Positions 30,414 through 41,700 of a stretch of 64,000 nt of DNA are shown here, one piece after another (position 1 is the stretch's first letter; each line of letters begins with the position of its first letter). Origin of the DNA: an uncultured Acidobacteriota bacterium (lineage in GTDB: Bacteria; Acidobacteriota; UBA6911). The stretch lies in NCBI GenBank assembly GCA_963827655.1, contig CAWHCF010000002.1, forward strand, positions 96,001 through 160,000. The letters run 5' to 3'. The translations under genes were made by a program, and so were the position numbers. The notes below the pieces were generated by a model. That model was not told the origin of the DNA and made no database searches. It saw only the letters and a list, made by a program, of their open reading frames with translations.

Positions 30414-33381
30414 TCACGAACTAGCCCGGTTCAGGGCTCGTCCGAGCCGGCTCTTGAGTTCGCCCGCGCTCCCAGGTCGCCTTGCGCGGTCTCGCGCAAG
30501 GGCATCGAGGAAAAAGGCCGCCACGGACTCCGGGCACTCCGGAACTATCTCGCGGAGGTCCGGCACCGCGGCCTTGGATATGCAGTCGAGCGTTTCCTGG
30601 AGCGTGGAGCGGCGCATCGGGTTGCTCCCCGCGATGGATTCGTACAGCACCATCGTCAGGCTCCAGAGATCGAAAGAAGCGTCGGGCGGGTCATTGGCGA
30701 CAGCTTCCGGCGACAGGTACATCGGCGTGCCGACCAGCCCATGCGTGACCGTAATGGGCTTGAGGTCCGAATGGGGCGGGAGTGTCGTATCAGGCGCGTA
30801 GGCCCCTGGATCCACGTCTCCGCTTTCCTCGAACGAGACGCGCGAATCGACGATCCGGGCGAGCCCGAAATCCAGCAGCTTTGGGGTATTCTCCAGAGTG
30901 AAGCCTATGTTGCTGGGCTTGACGTCTCGATGCAGGATCCCGGAAGCATGAATGCGCACGAGCACGTTCGAGAGCACGATCCCCAGGTCCAGTCCGTCCT
31001 TCCAGCCCATAGGCGCTTGCGCGAGCCGGGCCGCGAGCGTTCCCCCCTCGAGAAACTCGAAGATCAGCATCGGCGTGCCGCGCCAGGTTTCGAGTCCGAA
31101 GATAAGCGCCAGATTGGGGTGGACGATTGAAGCCATCGCACGAGCCTCGCGGCGCAGCCGAACCGCGTGCTCTGGAGAGACCCGCGGCAGGGTCTTGATC
31201 GCGACAGTCCGGCGAAGCGACAGATCAAACGCGCGATAGACGACCCCCATTCCTCCTTTGCCGACGCGTTTCGCGAACCTGAACTTCCCGAGCAGGACGT
31301 ATGGAACAACTGCGATCTCGCTTTCTCCTCCGCAGAACTTGCAGGGCTTCACCGTGGCGCGAAAGACGGCGCCGCATGTTCTGCATTCGCCTGCCGTGCT
31401 GTCGTCGGCAGCCCTAGGGACTCCCGGACTCGTTTCGAGCTCGTCCGCTCCCTGGCGCGACACGGCGAAGGCCGGGCTGATCCTGATCAGGAGATTCTCG
31501 ACAGCGAAGGACGCAGAACCCGCAAGAGCATTCAACAGCAACCGGTCCTCCCGTGAAAACGGCAACTCGCTGAGCTTTCCGCCGAGGGCCATCACTCCGA
31601 CGAGCCATCGGTTCGACGTAATCAGCGGGACAAGCAGCTCGAAGGCGCCGTCGGCGAGCCACTGCTTGTCCTCCTCGGGGAGGCGACGCAGAGCAGATCG
31701 CGGGTTGCCAAGGTCGATGTCGAGCGCTTCGGTGCCTCCACTCAGTAATGCGACCAGCGGCGATGAGGCCCTAAGCGGACGTATCGTGCCTCTGAGGGGA
31801 AACGAATTCGCCGTAGGTCTCGCTCGAGCACAATACGACAACGGATTCCGGGTGCAGCGCCCGTTGAATGCCCGCGCCTAGAACCTCCGCCAGCTCGTCA
31901 ATGTTCTCGGCCTGGCGGCATTTGTCCACCAGATCGGCCAGAATCTGCTGCGAATCGTACTGCTCCCGAAAAAACCTTCGGTCTAACGCGTTCAGGACCT
32001 TGCCTCGGAGCTTCAATGCGGCATAACCCAAAGCTATCGCAGTTGCGAGGATTGTCAATCTGGGACCTGTCAATAGCCGTGCCAGCGTTTCCTGACGGTG
32101 CGCAAAAAGGTAAATAGCGATCGCCGTAAACGGCAGGGCAACCACACACAGGACGGTGTAACGGGCAAGTGCATACTGTAACGCACGGCGGATTATCAGC
32201 CTGACATCCAGTACCCGATCCACCAGAACGGAGTAGGCCGTGGTCACCGGTACCAGTAGAACGAGCAACTGCGGGAGCCGGTCGAGCCAGCCATAGGCTT
32301 GGCCCGGAGGCCCAGGAAACAGGACGCGGATGAGGATGAGGATATAGACCGGAACGCTGGGAAGCAGCAGGCCCAGCAAAAACACAGATACGCGCTGCCG
32401 CTCCCCTGGCGTACTGTGGCGAGCCTTCCACAGCGCAACCGGAAGCGCCGGGATCATCAGACCGTACAGAATCGCCCAGTAGCGAACCATGACGCTCGAT
32501 TCCCAGAGAACGGCAAGACCACTCCGGCCGTCGGGCCGGGAAAACAGGTGGTTGACCGAAATCACAAAATCGCTCGCGAACATGAGGAATCCGGCTGCCA
32601 TACACAAGCGCACGGCAAAGATAATGGTCCGATCCAGCCGTGCCGACGAAAGGGCTCGGGGAAACTCCCGAACGAAAAGCCACACGCATGCGGGAAGGAA
32701 TGCGTCGGTATGCAAACTTGCCAGTATCCCGAGGAGAAGTTCGAGAGCAGCCGGGGAGCGTGGCGGCCATGAGGGTAGGATCTTGTATGAGTAGGCCGCG
32801 GCTATGAGCAGGAAGACGATCCCGAGGATCCGGGCTCGCGAATCGCTTCGAGACCCAAAGACCAGAAGCAATCCAGAGATGGCAAAGGCAATCAGGTTAG
32901 CGGATCGGAAAAAGGGAAACGTAGCCGAGTGCTCCCCTGAGATCCAGGAGAGCGCGATGCCGGCCGACGCCAGGCACACTTGAAGGCCGGCAAGTACAGC
33001 GACAGTTCGTGTCCAACCCCGGAGGAGCAACCCTACATCCCGCTCAACGCTCTCAACGCACTGAATAGGACAAACGTAAATGCCGATCCTCGTTTTCAAG
33101 GCCACGCGGAGATCCTCGTTTTCGATCAGGGCAGAGCCACGCCCGATCGCTGTAGCTGCGGCAACAAGGCCCGCCGCGCGCGCAAATTCGAGCATCTGCT
33201 TCTCGATCGACGGCCAGCTTCCGCTCCTGACAACTCCCTCGATCTGGCTTTTGTAGGCCTGGCGAAGGCTTCCTGTGGCTTCCCGCGATATCGAAACGAG
33301 AGTGCCCGCTCCACTTCCAAAGGCAAACCAAATCAGATCGCCTAACCCTTCGACGTCGTAGGTCGCAACACTGGGGGACAT
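30414..33381 (-). CDS. Multi-TM Ser/Thr kinase (histone-fold-like N-domain, ~8 TM, GAF-like, Cys4 ribbon, kinase); frameshift near 31797
   Basis: AGGAG RBS before ATG 33381; LDRRFFREQYD linker; CRTC...CKFC; GKGGMGVVY, HRDVKPSN, DFGLAR, GTPMYLSPE. The two ORFs join at a C homopolymer. Confidence 0.82.
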
Positions 33382-33673
33382 AGTATCTCCTCTATAGATG
33401 TGAAGTCGTCGAACGGCGCTCCTTAGCGCGGCGCGAGCAACGCGTTGATTCCTTTCCTCCGCGGAGAGCACACAAGGAGTACCGGTGTGCCCCAATCGCT
33501 TCCCGCTTGCTGCCATTATGGCTAATCGCTACTGAATTTCGGCGTAGATACGCCGCCGAGTCACCAGGTCAGCGTGATCGGGACACCACCGAAGTTGAGC
33601 CAAATTTCGCGTATAAGTGTTTTTATCGCGAGCTCGTTTGAGAAGCAAGGGAAATTGAGGCGGGGTGTCTAAT

Positions 33674-33772
33674 CAAATACCGCGAAGACTCACAGACACG
33701 AAGAAACACCAAGAAAGGGGCTACATCAAACGCCGCTTGATTGCGTCCGCGATTTCTTCGTGTCTTGGTGGT
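33674..33772 (+). repeat. 8-mer-periodic intergenic element (copy 5' of the kinase gene)
   Basis: caaataccgcgaagactcacagacacgaagaaacaccaagaa...catcaaacgccgcttgattgcgtc...tttcttcgtgtcttggtgg. Confidence 0.75.
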
Positions 33773-33800
33773 GTTTTAGTTCACCTCTGAGACTACCGGT

Positions 33801-36800
33801 TCAATTCAACACTACATTCGCCCTGCCGCCCGGCTGCCCATAGCCCGTCAGGATGATGGTGTTGCTATCCAACGGCAATTGAGACGAGATGTTGATACTC
33901 TTGACTTCACCATTACTCAGACCGACGGTTTGAAACAAACGTCCGTTTATGATGATTTCGATGTACAACACCCCGGGGCTCCCGTTTTGAATTCCTATGC
34001 TGCTCATGGTCGGGGGAATGTTGTCGAGGGTCAGGCTGACCGGCCTGCCTGATTCGGGGAGTTCCAGTAGCAGGCCCGCGGACGTTGCTGTCACGGTTAC
34101 GGTGAAGCTGCAGTTCGCCATGTTGCCGGCCGCGTCCGTGACCCTGAAGGTGTTGGTAGTGACCCCCACCGGGAAGGATGCACCGCTGGCCAGCCCGGCC
34201 GTCTGCATCGTGGTTGCTCCGGGACAGGCATCCGTGCCCACAGGCGCCGTGTAGGTGACCACGGCCGAGCCCGAGCCGGGCGAGCTTTCAGTCACAACTA
34301 TGTTGGCCGGGCAGCTGATCACCGGATTCTCCGTATCGATGACCGTCACCGTGAAGCTGCAACTCGTCCCGGCTCCGTTGGCGCAGGTTACCGTCGTTGT
34401 GCCGACGGGGAAGAACGAGCCGGAAGACGGCGTGCAACTCACCGGCCCGCAACCGCCGGTTACGGTCGGGGCAGGGAAGCTGACGATCGCTCCGCACTGG
34501 CCCGGGTCGTTCGGCACGGTGATGTTGCTTGGGCAACTGATCATGCAGGCCGCCGGAAGGATTGTCGTGACATCTGATGCCGTGTTGTTCGTGGTATTGA
34601 CATCCCCACCCCCCGAGACGGTCGCTGTGTTGGTCACCGATGGGGGTGCGTTGGGTGCAACATCCACCGTGAGTGTCACAGGGGGATAGCTCGCTGCGGG
34701 CGCCAGCGCGTCGCTTCGAGTGCAATTGACCATTGCGCCAGTGATGCCGCAGTTCCAGCCCGCTCCGCTCGCCGCCGTGGGAGTCAGCCCCGTCGGGACA
34801 GTGTCGGACAGGGTGACGGCGCCGCTGGTCGGCGAGCCGCCGCTGTTGGTCACGGTCACGGTAAATTCTGCTCCGGTCTGCCCCTGTGTGAAGTTGCCGG
34901 TGTGGCTCTTCATGAGGCTCAAATCCGGCGCCGACACCACCGTTACGGTGAAGCTGCAGTTCGCCATGTTGCCGGCCGCATCCGTGACCCTGAAGGTATT
35001 GGTAGTGACCCCCACCGGGAAGGCTGAACCGCTGGCCAGCCCGGCCGTCTGCGTCGTGGTTGCTCCAGGACAGGCGTCGGTGCCCACGGGCGCCGTGTAG
35101 GTGACCACCGCCGAACCCGAGCCGGCCGGGTTCTCGGTCGCAGTGATGTTAGCCGGACAGGTGATGGCCGGATTCTGCGTATCGTTGACCGTGACGGTAA
35201 AACTGCACGAGGCGTCCGGCGCCACGCCATTCGAGGCGGTGCAGGTTACCGTTGACGTCCCGACCGGGAATGCGTGCGGTGAGGTGATAGGGGTCGCGCC
35301 TATCCTGCACGTTACGGTCGGCGCCGGGCAGCCGGCCGTCGCCGTCGGCGGAGTAAAAGAGACCAATGCCGTGCACGTCCCCGGATCAGTGTTAACAGTC
35401 TGATTGGCCGGACAGGCCGAGATCGACGGCGGCAACTGCACCGTCATTGACGAGGTCTGCGTCCCGTTGTCCAGCGTCGCCGATACATTGCCCGTGTTCG
35501 GAGTCGGACAGGTCGAGCTGGCGGTGAACAAGGTCGCCGGCCATCAGGCTGCTCAGCGCCGCCGATCCGGGCGAAACGCTCCCCAGCCTGCCGCCGGCTG
35601 AACGTGATGGTCAGCCCGTTCAGCACTACCGGATTTATCGCCGCCCCATTTGTGTTCTGGCTCACGTTCGCCGTGAACGTCTGGGTCCCGCCCGGCGCGA
35701 GCGTCGCGCTGGCCGGCAGCAAGCGCAGGTCTATCCGGGGATCGGCGTCGAATGTCCCGCTGCCCGTCTGGCAACCCGCGGCTGCTGGGGAAGCCGTCGC
35801 ACCCCCACCAGTTGTTCTCCACGCTGGCCGTGCCGCCCGTCTGCCCGATGCCCGAGCCTGACGGCGCCGTATTGCTCACGATCCGGTTCAGGTTGGCCGT
35901 CAGCAAGCCGCTGCTGATAAACAGCGCCCCGCCCGCCACGGTCGCGCTGTTGCCGCTGATCGTGCAGTTGGTGATGGTCGTTAACTGATTGACAAAGGCG
36001 TTCGTCGTCGCCACTCCCCCGCCACTGTCCGACGCGTTGCCGCTGATCGTGCAGTTGTTGATCGTCAGCGGCGAGTTGGCCCCGTCTTCAATCCCCCCGC
36101 CTCTGGCATTCGCGCCCCGCCGTCGCGGTGTTATTGCTGATGGTCACACCTGACAGCGTGGTACTGCCCACCGGGTTCGCCGTTGAAGAGACCGCCGCCG
36201 TCGGCAGACGCGCCGGTTCCCTGCGCCGTGTTGCCTGTCAGGCTGCCTCCCGTCATGTTCACGGTCTGGCCGCCCACTCCGGCGATCAGTATCCCGCCGC
36301 CGTCCGACCCCGAAATGTTGCTCGAGATCGTGCATGTGTTGAGCGTGACGGTCCCGCCAAAACTGTGGCGTATGTTGATCCCGCCCCCGTTGGACCCGAT
36401 GTTGGCCGAGGTCTGGTTGCCTGTGATCGTGCTGTTGCTTATCGTCACATTATGCCGGTCAGCGAACAGATTGATCCCGCCTCCGGTCGCGACGCGCCGC
36501 TGCGGCGTTCAACGTGTCATTGTTCGAGATCGTGCTGCCGGTGATCTGAACCGTGCCCCGAAAAATATTGGTGCCTCCCATCAGATCGCCGCTGTCGATG
36601 TTGATCGCCCCGCCGTAGCTGTTCTGGTTGGCATTGCTGTCAAACGTGCAGTTGGTCACGGTCGTGGTCGGCCCGGGCATCGCTCCCGTGCCGGTCAGGA
36701 AGATATCCAGCGCTCCCCCGGTCTCGGTGAAGGTGCCGATCGTGGGGTTGTTGTTCCTGGTGAACCGAACCGTCAAACCCGAAAGGCTCACGCTCAAGGT

Positions 36801-38649
36801 CGAGAACGTCCCATCCTGGTTGATCCCGATTGCCTTGTCTCCCATGTTGCCCGTGAAGGCGGCATTGCTCGATCCCTGGATGATCGTGTTCGCGGCCCCA
36901 TTGCCCATGATGGTTATGTCCGAGTTGATGTCCAGGTCTCCGCTCGCGGCCGTGTTGTCATCGCCCACCTGCGTCAACTGGATCGGCACGCCGTTCAATG
37001 CGGCCGCGAACGTGATCGTGTCCGCGCCGGCATGAGCATTGGCTTCCTGAACCGCCGCGCGCAGGGAACAATTACCCCCCGAGTCGGCGCACGTGCCGTT
37101 GCCGGCGGCCGCATCATCCGTGTCAGCCGCGGTGTTGACGTTAAAGGCGGCGTGTGACTCGACTACCACGATCACGGGTTCCGGGTGGCTCTGTCGTAGC
37201 ACCACCAGACCAGGCCGCCCGTGCACGTTCAGCCGCATCGGCAGCGCCGCAACCGGCTGGCTATCGGCATCGAACGTGATCGCTTCCCTTCCCCCCGGCG
37301 ATGCTTCTTGCCCTGGCTGCGCGTCCTCCCTGAATGCCACCTGAAGTTGCCGCGCCCCGGGATTCACAACCAGCAGATCATGCGATTGCCGCACCCGATG
37401 CCAGCGTGCTCATCAGCAGCGGCTGCGCGCCGTCGCCTGCGTGCGTGAGGGTCATCGAGGTCCTCTCCGCCACCTCCCAGCTCAGTGCCCCGCTGGGTCT
37501 CGCCCCCCTCAGGTCTGACATCGGCCGGCTCCCTCGTCTCACTTCGGCTACAAGCTGCCGGCGCGCCCGAACCTCTTCCACAGTAAAGGGCCGGGTATCC
37601 AGCGTCCCGCGCGCCACGATCTGGACCGTGCCGTCCTCCGCCGCCACCGCCAGTTCCAGCCGCGCATCCCGATCCCAGATGAAATCGCTCACCGCCGCCG
37701 CTTTCACCCCAAACGGCAGTGCGATCGCCTCCAACTGCCCCGCTCGCTCATCCGGGACACTTCCGTACCCGGAGGCTTCATCATCCTCTCCGTGCAGTAT
37801 GTAGAGCCGGTTGCCCGCGATGATCGCCAGGTCCGTTGCACCATCCTCATCCAATCGCCCCAGGGTCACAAAGGTCGCCGCGGCCGGCAGCGGGTAGGTC
37901 GACGCCGCCTCCGCCGCGACACCCTGGTTCGCTTCATAAACCAGCAGCGCAGGCCCATCCGAACCTACGATCCCCACCACCAAATCCGCCCAGCTATCCG
38001 GCTGAGTCTTCTGCCCGGCCGCCATCGTCGTCAGCAGACCCGGCAACGGAACGGCCCTGGGCTCGTGGAATCCCTGGTTCCCGTCCCCACCCAGCAGATA
38101 GAGCGCCCCGCTTCCCCGCGCCCCTGTGATTATGTCCAGACGCCCATCCCGGTCGAAATCTCCCGTGGCCAGAAACTCCGGCGCTTCCGGCGTCCACAGC
38201 ACTGCCGCTTCGGGGAGAAACGGATCAGGATATGCTCCCTTGATGATGGACTGGATTGTCTCCGGTTTTGTCGGCCCATACGCTTCGGGATTGCCCAGGT
38301 GCAATGTCACCAGGCCTCCGCTCGCGCTGGCATACCCGCAAATCAGGTCCGGAAAACCGTCGAGATTGACGTCATCCGAGGCCAGCGACAGCGCCCGGAC
38401 CTGCCCTTGCTCCAGCGCCAGCAGGTTTCCGCCGTTCGTCAGCCCGGCCCCGGTATACTGCGCGCGCAAATCGCGCCCATTCCGAAAATGGATCCGGTAA
38501 TTGTTCTGCCCCCCGGCTCGCATCGTGATGGCGTCTTCGCGGGAGTCGGCCCTCGAGGCCAGGTACTGATTAGCGTCCACCAGGGCTCCAACGCTCGTGA
38601 GAACTAAAACCGAAAGGCCAAACGCAATCTTTGATGTGAGCCGCTTCAT
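33801..38649 (-). CDS. Giant exported protein B: FG-GAP-like, CSLREA, beta-helix, 2 HYR, DUF11, 2 HYR, small C-terminal beta domain; several frameshifts
   Basis: GGAGG RBS; signal peptide; DVNLDGFPDL and GDFDRDGRLD; CSLRAAVQEAN; FPVGTTTVTC HYR motifs; PDLSLMKSH. Reconstructed from six ORF fragments. Confidence 0.78.
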
Positions 38650-38745
38650 GATTTACCTCCAACGTACATCAGCGAAAGGCGCAAGACGAGTGCCTTGGGT
38701 CTCTCGGCAACTTCAGATTCTCACTCCCATGAACCACTAAACGCG

Positions 38746-41700
38746 CTAATCGGGAACCTGCGGAGCCTTCGAGGGGATGACCGGGACCGCGGTGAGTTGA
38801 GTCTGATACTGGGTCAGAGCGACGACGGCAAACGTCTTCCCTCCCTGCCCAACCAGGACCATCGACCCTTTGAATCTCAGTCGTGAGGGGAGGTATTCGT
38901 GCAGGAACCGTGCGACCTGGTGCAGAGGCCGGAGCGGGTTCAGCTCCGGCGGACTGAGCGTATCGGTGATCAATCCGTTTTCGTCGAGAACAACAAGTTT
39001 GATGTTGATGTTGTCGTTTCCGGAATTTGTGACGGCGAAGCCGGTGTAGCGGCTCTGCGTATTGTCGTTATCGACCACGATTGTGGCGGCATTGAGAGGC
39101 TGGCCGCCCAGAATCCCCGCCGCGCTCCTCAAGAGCCCGCCCTCGACCAACTGAAAGTAAGCGGCGCCGCTCAAGAAGCCAGCCGACGCTACCAGGCGAG
39201 CCGAACCGGTCCGCACGGGCTCCGAAGGTTCGACAGCCGAGATCTGCAGAATTCTGGTTCCACCGGGCGGAACGGAAAATGGAAAGGAGGAACCGGTCAC
39301 CTCTCTCCTCGGAAGCGAAGAGGGCCTGGCTGCCGGGGCGGAAGGATCGGTCAGAGAAACAGGAAACGGATTACCGTTCTGATCGGTGAGGATGAGAGTT
39401 CCGGTTGCCGCGACGGATCCGGTATTTGAGAGGAACAGGCCTGTCGAATAGCCCGCCCCCACTGTCACTTGACCGAACGTGTACGGCCCTCCGGCCACGA
39501 TCAGGGTCACGTCACTGGCCGACTCGCCGCCACCTTCGTCCCCGCCACCCGAGACCAATGCCACATTGGTGACCGCCCCCAGGGCATCCGCCGCAACCGT
39601 GACCACCAGCGTGATAGGCGGATAACGCCCTCCCGCAGCCAGCGGGTCGCTCCGGGTGCAGATGACGGTCTGGCCGTTGATCGTGCAGGGCCAGCCGGAC
39701 CCGAAAGCAGAAGTGGGTCGCAATCCTGCCGGGAGACTGTCTTCGACCTTCACCTGGCCGTCGGTAGCAACCTGGCCGGTATTAGAGACAGTGATCGTGT
39801 AGGTCGCGCCCGTTTGTCCCCGGGTGAAGATGCCCGAGTGCGTCTTGGTGATGCTGAGGTCCGGACGCAGGAAAAGGGTTTCGGAGTCTTCGGCCGTGTT
39901 GTTGGCAGGATTGGCGTCTCCGCCTCCCGAGACTCTGGCAATATTGGTCACCGTTGACCCAACCGGGATGTCGGGGGCGACATCTACCGTAAGGGTGACG
40001 GTGGGGTAGCTCACTCCCGGCGCCAGAACATCGCCTCGGGAACACGTCGCGGTTAGCCCGGAGACCTGGCAGTTCCAGCCTGTTCCGTTAGCCGTCCTGG
40101 CGGTCAAGCCGAGAGGCAGGTCGTCGACAAGATTGACAACACCACTGCTTGGCCCGACACCCCGGTTGGCCACCGTGATGAAAAAGATCACCCCGGACTG
40201 ACCCGGCCCGAAGCTGCTCGGATGGGTCTTCACGATCCTGAGGTCCGGGCCAACGCTGATGGTCACCGTGTCGCTTGCCGTGTTATTGCTTGAATTGACG
40301 TCACTGCCGCCGGCAACGCTCGCCGTGTTGGTTACCGATGAGGGGGCGTTGGGTGCCACATCCACCATGAGGGTGACCGGCCCGTAACTCGCTCCCGGCG
40401 CCAGCGGGTCGCTTCGCATGCAGCTGACCATTGCGCCCGAGACGCCGCAGGCCCAGCCCGGACCGCTCGCGGCGGTGGGAGTGAGTCCCGCAGGAACATT
40501 GTCGGCAAGGGTGACCGTGCCGCTGGTCGGGGAGCCGCCGGTGTTGGTCACGGTCAGGGTAAATTGTGCTCCGGTCTGCCCCGGCATGAAGCTACCGACG
40601 TGACTCTTGGATACGATCAGGTCCGGTCCGGGAAGGATAGTCGTAACATCGGTTGCGGTGTTGTTCGCGGCATTGACATCGCCGCCGCCCGAGATGGTCG
40701 CTGTGTTGGTTACCGATGGAGGGGCGTTGGGTGCCACATCCACCGTGATCGTGATCGGCCCATAGCTTGCTCCCGGCGCCAGCGGATCGCTTCGCGTGCA
40801 ATTGACCATTGAGCCCGAGACGCCGCAGTTCCAGCCCGCGCCGCTCGCTGTGGCTGGAGTAAGTCCCGAGGGGACAGCGTCGCTCATGGCTACGGAACCT
40901 GCGGTTGGCACGCTGCCGATATTAGCCACCGTTACCGTGAATATTGCTCCGGTCTGCCCCTGTACGAAACTACCCACGTGGCTCTTGGAGATGATCAGGT
41001 CCGGATCGGTGAGACCGAATGGCGTCGGAAGGAAGATTGTCGTCACATCCGTTGCGGTGTTGTTCGTGGTATTGACCTCGCCGCCGCCCGAGATGACCGC
41101 TATGTTGGTCACCGATGGAGGGGCGTTGGGTGCCACATTCACGGTGATCGTGATCGGCCCATAGCTCGCTCCCGGCGCCAGCGGGTCGCTTCGGCTGCAA
41201 TTGACCGTTGCGCCGGTGATTCCGCAGGTCCAGCCCGCTCCGGTCGCCGCGGTGGGAGTGAGTCCTGCAGGGACATCGTCGCTCATCGTCACGGAGCCGG
41301 CGGTTGGCATGCCGCCGCTGTTGGTCACGGTCACGGTGTATATTGCTCCGGTCTGCCCCAGCGTGAAATTACCCGCGTGACTCTTGGAGATGATCAGGTC
41401 CGGTCCCGGAGTGATTGTCGTGACGTCCATCGCGGTGTTGTTCGTGGCATTGATATCGCCGCCGCCCGAGATGGTCGCTATGTTGGTCACCGATGGGGGG
41501 GCGTTGGGTGCGACATCCACCGTAAGGGTGACTGGCCCGTAACTCGCTCCAGGCGCCAGCGGGTCGCTTCGGGTACAACTGACAAGGGCGCCGATCATTC
41601 CGCAGATCCAGCCGGCGCCGCTCGCTGCCGTGGGAGTGAATCCCGCAGGAACATTGTCCATCAGGGTGACGAGACCGCTGGTCGGGGAGCCACCGGAGTT

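Noticed and set aside
31790-31805. Programmed ribosomal frameshift in the kinase gene
   Set aside because: One missing base in a C run restores the frame, and similar indels are widespread, so sequencing error is more parsimonious.
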